This document shows positions 37,234-48,349 of a stretch of 64,000 nt of DNA, piece after piece. Source of the DNA: Owenia fusiformis (lineage: Eukaryota); the NCBI GenBank assembly GCA_903813345.2, contig CAIIXF020000001.1, positions 20,522,001 to 20,586,000 of the forward strand. Reading direction: 5' to 3'. The translations under genes were made by a program, and so were the position numbers. Each line of letters opens with the position of its first letter. The first letter of the stretch is position 1. A model generated the notes under the pieces. The model did not search any database. It was not told the DNA's origin and saw only the letters and a list, made by a program, of their open reading frames with translations.

Positions 37234-40200
37234 CTTAGAACCTCGCATGCTTTGGATTTTGTAGGATGCAAAACAAAGAATCTACTTATTTAGTTGGCAT
37301 TAGCGAGCATTCTTCCGCTAGACCACCGTGATTTTATGAATGGTGGGAGTAATTAAACGCTACTCATTTGAATGCTATGATTCGGAAGTGACGTCACGTT
37401 CTTCATTTAGAAACCTTTCCAAAATCATATCGCCGGCTCCGATCGAAGTCCAGCTTTAAATATCTTTAACTCTCTTGGGACAGATTCTTAAGTTCTATAC
37501 ACAAAGTAATATTTCCAGCAACTTCATATGGACTGAGAAATATCTAGAAGGTCGAAGGGTTTTTATAAAAATATATTTCAAAAATTCTTGACACGCTGTA
37601 AGTCGTAGGTCGCAGGGTCGAAGGGTCGAAGGGTTTTTAGTACATTCCATCAAATTATGGTCCTACTTTCCATTGATTTATATGGTGACCTAAATACAAC
37701 TCTTTCCCTTATTATCTTATACACAATCAGGGCCAGTAAGGGCCGTTAAGAAAGGGGACCATAATCCCCAGGGGACCATAATTTCTTTTACACCGGAATT
37801 GCATAAATGTTCATTATTTTTGAGCTATTTGACTTATGTTTTTGATATGTCGAAATGTTTTTTGTTGATCGGGCAGTCTTACCTGTACTATAACACATCA
37901 GTGCTGATTAGCAATCTCCTAGCCTTCGCTCAGTGCAATCCGTGCCTCCTGTTACCTCATGCAGATTGTAAATGTCCCGGGAAGTTTACCCTTGTCCAAA
38001 AGTTGACATCTTTTTAGAAATACATTTCTTAGAGTTTCCAACCAATTAAATTCACCACATTTTATTAGATGTTTATTTCGTAAAGGAGCTAGAGTACCGA
38101 CAATTGTCGGTACTCTAGACTCTGATGTGGTCGCACGCTAGAGGACCGACAAATAAATTGTCGGTACGGCAGATATGCTGTGTTTACACGCTAGAGGACC
38201 GACAAATATTGATTTTCGCATTTTCTGGCGCATGCACAATGGCCGGGGGATATTTCAGATATCATACGGATATTTTGGGAACAAGTGCAAAACCCGGGTA
38301 GGGCATTAGCCCCGGTTACCCGGGGATTACCAAACCCAGTCAAAAAATGGTAGCCCGGGAACAGGGAATGGTAGTAAACGTTGAAAACCCAATAAAAACA
38401 CGAACAAGTAAGACGTTAGAGAGCTATTAATGCAGAGTAAACGGCTATATATATTCGTAACAGACAGGATATTTCTCCTGAGCCGATCAGGCGTAGAAAG
38501 GGGCGTTTGCTACCCATCAGATAGAAGAAAATACTTGTAGCTAGAATGTTTTTTATTTGAAGCTTATCGTATGGTATGAGGTTCCATATCCATCCGCCAA
38601 TATAGTCCGCCTATATAGTCCATTTAAAAACCTGTGGTATCGTTCTAAATAACCCATAGTTGGCTTCTAGGGTACCTAGTATGCCACTATTTGGTATCAA
38701 AATAAAGAGGAGTTCAACTTTCATTTGAATTACGAAAATAGCGATGTAGGTCAAAATAGTTCCGAACGTGAGCATGTTTACTACGCGTTTGCCCGTAATA
38801 TCAGAATTGAGGAAGTGGTAGCAAACGCGAGTTACAATAAACGGACGCTGATATCTCAAAAGTAATCTGACTCCCTATATTTTGATGTAGGTCAATCGAA
38901 CCCCTATATGGACAGGTGTATTTTGATATATAACACTATGGGGGGGGGGGTAAGCGTTTTATAGTTGGTCACGAACGCCATATGCGCAAAGTATTGTTAT
39001 GAATTTTCGAATTTGGTGTTGGATTACGGTACCCATACCTTATAGCACAATTTTTGATGGAAGTTGCATTTGGCTCCCTTAGTTAATGGCCACGATTCAA
39101 TCTCGCATGAGAGAGCTACCAAACGCAAAGTAAACAGTGATATATTCCAAATGAGATATTTCTCCTGTGCCATGGCGTATAGTAAGGGTAGAGGTAGACG
39201 GGGGCGAAAGCATCCCCTCCCCTAACTGTATATATCGACCCATTAGATAGAACAAGAAAAGAGCTTTAAAATGTTTTTTAATTGAAGCTTGTAGGACAAT
39301 TTTGATGGAAGTTGAATCAATTTTTGTCGAAATAAATTATGGCTCACTACAAGTTAATGCCTGTACGATTCCATACTGCAAAAGAAGCACTATGCCCCCC
39401 TCAAAAGAAAAAAGTTGGTCCTGTCGGGATTCGAACTCGGGACCGAGTGTGTTCGAGTCGTGCTCACTAACCACTAGACTACGACATGTACGAGTGATGA
39501 GGTTATTTCCAAAAGTAAAAGTAGTGTATTTATTAATGAAATTGTCGGCTCTCTAGCAAAAACACGTAGCAGCCACTTGCGTACCGACAATTGTCGGTTC
39601 TCTATCGGCACTACTAGGTGACGATAGAGTGCCGACAATTGTCGGTACCCCAGCAAATTCCCCTGGACAGTCTCCAGTACCGACAATTGTCGGTCCTGGA
39701 GCCACTCCGTTGAACGTATTATTTCAAATGTTATTAGAATTCATTCTTACGAATATTATACGTTATTAACGTATGTTAGTCAAAGATTTGGTGTCGTTGT
39801 TGTCCATTGTATTCACGTTTTACGCGCAAAAAGCTAGAAACTACAAAGCTGAACTTTTATCATTCAAACCAGTTTTACATCAAATCATTGTCAAAATAAA
39901 ACTCTACTCTTCATATTACGCCAAGCAATAGATTGGTTGTACACTGTAAGACTGCCCGATCAACAAAAAATCGCTTCGATATATCAAAAACAACACTCAA
40001 ATAGCTCAAATGAACATTATGCAATGCCAGCTTTATTTTATGACGAGACAGATGTCCGATCTAGAAATAAAGGCATATGGGTACATAAATTCATCCATAA
40101 TTAAGCATACATTGAGATAGAATAATGTTTAAAAAATGTTAAAGATTTAACTCTTTAAAGACTGGGTCAGGACCCACGTACGTGGGTACGAGGGTACGTG

Positions 40201-40452
40201 GGTAGGAGGTTTTTTATACAAAGCCTTGATTACATGTACTCGATACGGGGTTGATTGAATATATAAGATTGCCTTGTTCAAGGCATTTCCTGTGTTCTTA
40301 TATTTCCAGTTCATAATTTCATTTTTGACACATAGCGTTATTATCGGATAACTTATATTTATTTCTGCATGCTTAACACTTCCTTTATAAAAATACAAAT
40401 ACAAATTAGCATATTTTCCATGTTTTATAGATTGTATTGCCCTTGCCTTGTG

Positions 40453-40904
40453 CAGGCCTGTCAACTTGGGAACACCTAACATGAGTGACTTGGAAATGTT
40501 GAACACCTCCCCTCAAATTTTGAACACCTTGGTTTAAATTTTATTACATCTTGCCAAATTTTGAACACCTCAAATTTTTCGCGCTCGCTACGCTCGCATT
40601 TCAAACATCCGTCAACGGGGGGGGGGGGTAGGTACGAAAAATTTCGAACGGAATGCGTGACATATACGTAATTCGCGTGAAAAGTCCGAACGAAATGCAT
40701 ACATTTTTTTACGGCGTTCGTATTTTTGCTGTGTAGACGATCTTTTTTAGACATTTTTCTGCAGAAATATTTTTGCTTGACAATTACCAGGTAAAATGCA
40801 TATTTGCGTGACATTTTCTGTCACGCAAAAATAACTGGCGTGACTTCAAATTCTTCAGCAAATGCGTGACAAATACGCAAAATGCGGGACAGTTGACAGG
40901 CCTG
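40453..40904 (-). mobile_element. hAT-like MITE inserted in exon 5 of Bmt2 copy B
   Basis: TIR caggcctgtcaac, 6-bp TSD cttgtg; inverted relative to 33874-34367. Confidence 0.85.
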
Positions 40905-42435
40905 CTTGTGTGAAGAACTCGCGCTAGACTATATGACCCATGACCTATTGAAGGAAATTGTGGCGTCTTTAGGCTTTACATGTATTGATTCACATGATAG
41001 TAAGAGATTGGCGTTCATGATGTTCAAGAAGTCAGCAGGAGCAGCAGTTACACACAAGTGAGATAACAAAATAATCAATGAGGCCACATATGATAAAATG
41101 TTACCACCTGGTTGCAATTACAAAAGTTTACATAATCATTGTCATATGATATTGGAATATGATGCAGTGATGGAAGAATGAAGTTACTTTTGTTAGAGGA
41201 AAGTTTTGAATGATGATTTAATGAGTGAAGAATGTTAATTTTTTGGTAAATTTAAGAGAAATTCAATTAATGTTTTCTAATTTCAAGATGAGGGTGAAGG
41301 GGACTGAACCGAAAAAATGCCACATTTTCATGTCACCAACACAAGTGGTGACATATTGTTATTGTCTCTAACTTTTTCTTGTGGCAATGGTTGGTGTTTG
41401 GCATTTGGTGGTTGATGTTCAATGTGTGTAACAAATGGCAGGTGGTGAAATTTTGCGAGCTAATGCGTTGTTTCAAGATATTTTAGTTTTCAACATATTT
41501 CTGAATTATCTTAACAGTTTCAATTCTATTATGGTAGAAAGATGCACATTATATTGTATGTAAATGCTCTGATTCATGATTCATAAAAAAATTAAAAAAA
41601 TTAAAATTGCAACAAAAAAGTTTTTTACACATTTTTGGAAATAAAAAATGTCTACTCTGTAGACTGCAGGTCTAATTATACACATGTTGAAACAATGACG
41701 TAATGAGATTTGTATTGATTTTTCAGAGTTCCCAAAGAAGGAGATGAAAAATGGTGTCAAGATGAACAACTTTACTATTGTTATTAAATGAAAGAGAAAT
41801 GTCGATAGGGTGATTGGTCAGAAACTACGGGAGCCTCCACAAGTGGAGTGCAACTAGGATACCAGTGATGCTTTGACCAAAGTGCTAAAATAATTCTAGT
41901 GCTACTAAGAATGAAGTGCTTTGGTGATTGTAGTGCTACTGTGACTTAAGTAATACAACAACAATGGTACATGATTCAAGTGCTGAATAGTGACTAAAGT
42001 GCAATAACAAAATGATTATTCGTACTATGACTAAAGTGATTTAATCATTTTAGTCCTTTTATGACTGAAGTGCTACTATGATTCAAGTGATATTGTGTAC
42101 AGAACGTGAACAGTAATTGAAGGTATTAAAAGTAGTTTGCAAATATTATATTGCAACTTTGCAAGTGAATCACCTTTCACATTCATGAACTTTCTATAAT
42201 AGGAATTCATCCCAGGGCCAATGTATTAAAGGTGGAAATGGATATTTTCATTAATATTGATATATCTCAGAAGTATTCCTGAGCATATTTGATATCTTGT
42301 TGTGAACAATTTATTGCTAAATATACTTCAATGATTGAGAAACAATATATTGTATGTTGGGATTTGCTACTCAGCGGAGTTGCTGTTTTCTAGTTAATCT
42401 GTATTATTTGATTTGTGAACCAGATTACTGACATC

Positions 42436-42646
42436 CAGGCCCGTAGCCAGGATTTGCCAAGGGGGGGGGGTTCATTTTTCCAAATTTTCCAGGGGGGGTT
42501 CACATTTGACAATTTTGGCCCAAATATGGCTAAAACCACTTGAGAAGTGCTCAAAATGGTGAAAAACTGCATGATTTTGAAAGAGTTTTTGGCCAGTGGG
42601 GGGGGGTTCGCCCAAACCCTGCAAACCCCCCCTGGCTACGGGCCTG
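42436..42646 (+). mobile_element. hAT-like MITE (second copy at 45883-46083)
   Basis: TIR caggcccgtagccagg...cctggctacgggcctg. TSD gacatc here and ctgtt at the second copy. Confidence 0.8.
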
Positions 42647-44219
42647 GACATCTATGATATGTTACAAGGGATAAGAGTGTACTACATACTCCCCTCCATA
42701 AGTTTGGCAACCTTTTTCCTCATAGGCTTACCTGTTAAAGCCCCTGTATGTTTGTATTTTAATTTTCATAACTTGCAAAGTAAAAACTCACAATGAAGGT
42801 GGGGATGTAACTTGACTTTATTTCCAATACCTTCAAAGTATTCCATTTTTTCCTCAATTACAATAGGTCGAAAATTGATGACAAATTTGATGAATTTTTG
42901 AAAATCGTCATTCCAATGTAAACCAATGGGAAATGGTGGGTTCAGGTTCAGGACAAATCAAATTTCAGGATACCTATTCAAGAATACATCTAACAAAGAT
43001 TATTTTTATTTAGAAAATAATATTCCTTTGGCATTGAGTTATAAGTTCTTTCTTTGCAGGTTATGAAAATAAAAATTCAAACAAAGAGAGACTTCAACAG
43101 TTAAGCCTATGGGGAACAAAGGTTTTCAAACTTATGGAGGGGAGTTTACTGTTGGATGTCCATCCCTTGTAGTCAAAATGATAATGGATATTATAGTAGG
43201 ACAACTACATTGCATAGGGCTTGGCAGAAGAAGTGAAGCGGACAATGAATAGTATAAATGATATAGAACGAATTTTAAAACTCTCATCCATAAGAGACGT
43301 GCAACTTGTATGTTAAAACAGAATTCATTTGAGACTCTCTTCATCACTTTTGGGTCTTAACTCTAAAAAGGATGGCACAACTATAACTTTTTATTGATTA
43401 TTTCTGGCTGTTATGAATTCCAACTTTACCCTTTACTTTTTAAAGGTATCCATTTGAGACTTTCTACATCGCTTTCACTTTGATCTAAACTCAAAAGAAA
43501 ATGGCACAACTTTAAACATGGGCTTTCATTATTACTGGTCATTTTTGTTTTACTTTAGCTTATTTTAAACTTATTTTATGCTTTAAAACATTCTATATTA
43601 TTTTTCTTGAATATAATATGAATCCATATGTTTATCCTGTATTTTTCGAAAACATGATCAGAGTGGTTATTTTCAGGTTTTCATGTCAGAAGCATAATGT
43701 AGTATATTTTCTCTTGAAAGCCGATATTTAAATTACTGCCTGGCCCTGCACTGGCGGATCCAGAAGTTAACAAAGGGGAGCCCAAACTTTGAGTTTTTCC
43801 CTGGATCCGCCAGTGCTTCAAATGATCATTCACAATATTCATTTGATACATACTCCTAGTTATCCGGGAACGGGATAAACTCCTAGTAGCTAACCTGCCA
43901 CAATATTCCCGGGACTTGGTTTCGTTCAGTGTAATTAGCCTGTCATGACATGTCTATCTTGCTGCATGTCATTACTTACACAAATTCTTGATTATGTAGA
44001 ATGGTTTTTATTCAGGCAAAACACAGCATAAAAATCATGTCCGAATTCATTAGACATTTGAAATCAGTAAATTATTTAAATTTTCTACTTGCAAAAATTA
44101 GAAAAGAATTTTCATGTCATTCACGAATTTTCTCGCAACTTCTCGTACACATGTCCTGAAAAAAATTCGTACAATATTTTTCAATTCATTACTTATTTTA
44201 GCTGATAGTCACCACAATA

Positions 44220-47200
44220 ATGGCAAGTTTGGACGATTTTTTCGCGAAGAAGGATAAGAGTAAGAAAAAGAAGAAGTCAAAGTTCACAACCGATGAGTTA
44301 ATGGCGAAAAAAGAGGATACCGGCGAAAAAAAAGAAAAGAAAAAGGAAAAAAACAGAAAAATCGCAAGAACCAGAAGTGAAGGTCCCAAGTACGTTTCAG
44401 GAACTCGGAGGAGAAGTAAGTATTTTCATTGTTTTTATTGAAAATTATTGGATAGATAGTGCAATTTATTTCAAAATGTCCTAGAACTGGGAGAAGGGCT
44501 TGATTGCACCACAGATTTTAGGTCCGTGATTGCACAGTTAGAATCAAAACACTTATTCTGGTGACCAGTTCATATGGTTAAAATAACGAAATGATGAAAT
44601 GTTACCAGTGTCTACTTACCAGTTTGTTCTATGTCATCCATCCTGCTAAATTACATTGTGGAACGCAGCCAAACACGAAGGCAACAACATATCGATATTG
44701 ATCTTAGCAGAATTTTTGGAAACTTAGATCGTCCATTTTCCAAGCTCACGTGACTGATCATGTGACACGTGTCTGATCTCGTGACTAGTTACTATATGGA
44801 TCATGTGACTTAATAACTTGTCACCCAACCATGTCTTCAAGAAAACGGGAGTAAATATTTTGGAAAATGTTTTGCGAGCATTTGCTACTGATTATAGAAG
44901 GCCCAATTACGAAACGGACGAAACTGCTAAATTGTATTTCGTGCCTAACAGGCCCAGTACGCAACGAACGAAACTCCTTAATTTGAATTTTTAGTCTGCT
45001 TATTGATCTATTGATTCATAAAGACCTGAAATGATGCATTCAAATAAGACCGCCTCCTAAATGAAAACACTACACATAAAGTGGTGAAAAACAACGAACT
45101 AAAGTTGAAAGATCGCAACGTTCGCTACTTTGTTCAATTCCGGATATCTCCAAGGAGCTGCAAATGGGAAATTTTTTAGATCTAGATTTTATAACCTCAG
45201 AATACTGCCTTCAGTGTCGTATATGGCTGAGTTCCACACTGTATTTTGTAAGCATAATTTATGAACCATTTTCTATTTAGGTTCAAGCTGATGAAGACTG
45301 GAAAGACTTTGAACAGGAAGGTGAAAAAGATTACTCAGGACTAAGGATACAAAATTTACAAATAAGGTAAATAAATAAAATCAAATTGACATATGACAAG
45401 TTTTCTATTGTTCAGTATAATCTATTATATGGACAAGATAGACTTAACGATCATTCAACTTTTCAGAGGTTGGATTTAAAATACAGTAATAATGTTGTTT
45501 TAGCCTTGTTAAACTTTATTATTTGAATTATTGTATGTATTTAATGTATGAAATAAATGATTATAAAAAATACAGTAAAACCTGTATGATGGAACATCTC
45601 TCTGTACGAAACATCTCTTTGTATTGGACAGTTCAGAAGAACCTTGTTAACTGACTTAACTGTCAAGGGAGTCTCTTTGTAAGGAACACCTGTCTATGGG
45701 GAACAATATTTGGTCAGAACTGAGAGTGTTAGATAAACACAGGTTTTACTGTATCCCAATTGCCAACTTCGAGTCTTTCAGTAAATCGAGACTGTCAGGC
45801 AAGACGATGCATTGTACAAGCAAGTCAGAAGTCTATAACTATCGACCACACTCTCTGACCAATCAAAATTAAGTATGCTGTTCAGGCCCGTAGCCAGGAT
45901 TTGCCAAGGGGGGGGGGTTCAGTTTTCAAAAATTTCCAGGGGGGGTTCACATTTGACAATTTTGCCCCAATTATGGCTAAAGTCATTTGAGAAGTGCTCA
46001 AAATGGTGAAAACTGCATTATTTTGAAAGAAAGGGGGTTCGCCCGAACCATGCGAGCCCCCCCCCCCTCTGGCTAGGGGCCTGCTGTTGAATTCTGATTA
46101 TGAACTGATATTGTAGTAAGGAAGAGAAAGAAGAGGATGAGAATGGAGAAGAAGATGAGTTAGATGAGGATGGGGAGATCATTAAGAAAGATCCTAAAGA
46201 AGATGGACCTTGGCAGAGTGCTGGGTCAATGGCACCACAACCTACACAACAAGAACCAGGTACAAGACAAGATTCTCATATTCTTTGTGAGCCAATTTTT
46301 CGTTTTCATATTTCTGTCTGAATTATTTGATCTTAGTCACAGCATTGTAATAACTAGAATGTTAATCTATCTATTTCCAGTTGCTCAACCTCCACCTGAG
46401 CCTAAGCAAGAAGAGAAACCAGCCAGTACTCCTGGAAAATATGTCCCCCCTAGTTTACGTAATCGTGATACCACTCAAACCACAGCACCATCTACCCAGA
46501 GTGCCAGACTAGCTGCCCTACGACGGAAAAAAGCAGCACCTAATGTAAACAGCGAATTAGATTTCCCGTCATTAGGTGGCAAGAGTGAGCAACTGAAACA
46601 ATATGAACAGTAAGGGAGTTTTACATTCACCTATATATTTTCTTACCATATTCAAGTTAATTGTATTAATTGTCTAAAATTGTTATAAAGGGAACCCCTC
46701 CATCAGCCTGTAGAGGTAACTCAAATACTATTGAATACAGGGTTCGGCAGAAGCGGGAGTCCGTAGGCCCCGGGGACACCCTGATTTCGTTCCGGACACC
46801 CTACATTATCATAAATGGGAGTCCGTTTGACTCCCACGCGATACTGCCCTTATATATATAGAAGTGACTCTTGAACACCCGCAACACTAGACAAAACAAG
46901 TAAAATTACTTTGAAATTGGTAGATATTTCGATCTTTTCAACTTTCAAACAAAAATTTCATGAACAAAATTAAAACTTCTGCAAAAAAGGACTTTACCCA
47001 GCATCAATGTAGGCCCGATCTCTACATTGAACCCTATTAACCAATCAAAACCTCGGCATGATCATACTAAGAATACTGGGTAATTTGGTTGCATTACAAT
47101 CTCGAACGCAGAGTTCGGTTCGTAACTAACATATTCAAATTTAATTTTCAACATTTTGGCAGCTTTCCGATAAATATATTGATATCTACTGCTGTATACT

Positions 47201-48349
47201 GCACATTTGACTAGAAATAGTTTACACGCATATCTCATCCGGACACTAATTGAAAAAAAAACGTCAAACTTAATTTCAGAAAACAATGCAATATATCCGC
47301 GAAATCTGATAAATATTTAATGATATATGAGGGGGTAGACATTTACTAGGGGTGTAGGATACTAGGAAAGGATATTTGGTGGGGGAATAGGTAGTATAGC
47401 AACTGGGGGCGGGGGGAGGCATTCCTCTTTCTGAGTCTGTATGAGAGGGGTAGCCAAGGAGGGGGTAGTTTTTAAAAATCTTTAAAAATATGATTAAAAA
47501 AATAATTTGGTGCACCATGATTGCTATATCCATAGTAAGTGGACCATCTTGTTATAATATGGACCACAAACTTTTGAAAACAGGGTGTCCACTTGACTCC
47601 CTACACTTAGTATGGACCACCGACTTTTTGCAAACTAGTGGTCCGTTGGACCACCTGATATTTTCCCCTTATGCTGAACACTGATTGAATACAGTATATT
47701 TGATTCGAATATGACCATTCTCTAAGATGACTTCTCAAATGTTTTATGTTTTGGCGAATGTAAACAAAGGAGGTTGCCTCGCTAAGGCTTTAGAACCACT
47801 CTATCCCCAAATATAATATTGTTATCTGTAGAAAGTAAAATCAATTTCTTAGAGACTGGGCGTTGTTGTATCACGCACAGAACTAGTTGTGAAAAATTAT
47901 GATTATCTCGATTAAAGTAGGGTAGGGTCACCATTTTTGCCGAAATGACCAGTTATATTCGGTGGTAATGTCAACAAGTCCATTGCAACATAGTAGGTCA
48001 CTTGATGTAGGTGATTGTGCACATAAGGGAATCTGAATTGTATTATGATGTTACATCCAGGCCTCTGTCTGTCTTACATCATTTTTATGTCGCCACCACA
48101 AGTGATGACATATTCTTGTGGTCTCCAACTTTTTGTGGCAAGATGTGACATTTTGCATGTTAATGCATGTACGTGAAGACATATTAAGATGTGAAGTACT
48201 TTCATATTATATCATTTCTTTGCAGGGAGGTGAGGTCAGGTAAACAATTTGAAGAGGTTAAAGGAGGAGGTACACAGAGGCTTGCAGAAACTAATCGAGG
48301 TCCTAATCTAGAACTTGGCAACCAGTTTGACGCTTTAGGAGAAAACTGA
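44220..48349 (+). CDS. CDV3: CDV3 homolog (one-base frame discrepancy in exon 1)
   Basis: Exons 44220-44415, 45281-45366, 46117-46259, 46381-46609, 48226-48349. Motifs MASLDDFFAKKDK, EDWKDFEQE..DYSGLRIQNLQI, GPW, KYVPPSLR, APNVNSELDFPSL and LELGNQFDAL*. Exon 1 is 196 nt (3n+1) while exon 2 begins in phase 0. Confidence 0.9.
45573..45751. mobile_element. pogo/Tigger-like MITE (related copy ~55620-55855)
   Basis: TIR cagtaaaacctgt...acaggttttactg with a TA TSD. Confidence 0.7.
46738..47683. mobile_element. hAT non-autonomous element in a CDV3 intron
   Basis: 8-bp TSD attgaata; imperfect TIR cagggttcggca...tgctgaacactg. Confidence 0.75.

Larger units (their letters stand above)
35643..37648. 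mobile_element. Mutator-like element nested in the Ginger-like element
   Basis: TIR ggaatgtactaaaaacccttcgacc...ggtcgaagggtttttagtacattcc; 9-bp TSD atcaaattg/atcaaatta (1 mismatch). Confidence 0.75.
35613..37792. mobile_element. Ginger-like non-autonomous element
   Basis: TGTAAAAG...CTTTTACA termini flanked by CCGG on both sides; it interrupts the left TIR of the outer element. Confidence 0.55.
35413..40225. mobile_element. Mutator-like long-TIR element containing nested insertions
   Basis: 9-bp TSD ttgattaca and GG termini. The long TIR (35413-35612 plus 37797-~37885) matches ~39945-40225. Empty site at ~19967 in unit 1. Confidence 0.85.
26253..41791 (+). pseudogene. BMT2: Bmt2 copy B: 5'-truncated, disrupted duplicate
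   Basis: Homologous exons 26253-26394, 27580-27705, 33620-33757, 35196-35324, 40431-41057, 41727-41791. A 452-bp MITE sits inside exon 5 (40453-40904); a 5-bp insertion gives TAG at 40925-40927; the last exon has a 2-bp deletion (agagttccc vs agagtgttccc). The duplication breakpoint (~25643) excludes the upstream exon(s). Confidence 0.88.
441..43541 (+). repeat. Tandem segmental duplication (unit 1 ~441-25642; unit 2 ~25643-43541)
   Basis: Exons and introns are collinear between units. The junction ...attactggTCAgaaaatgagctcaac joins the unit end (43539-43541, attactggTCAtttt) to the unit start (441-443, ttttTCAaaaaatgagcccaac). Confidence 0.9.

Noticed and set aside
36468-38859. Duplicated 82-aa ORFs (36468-36716 and 38611-38859) as genes
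   Set aside because: Non-ATG starts, no recognisable domain, and the similarity follows from the inverted repeat.
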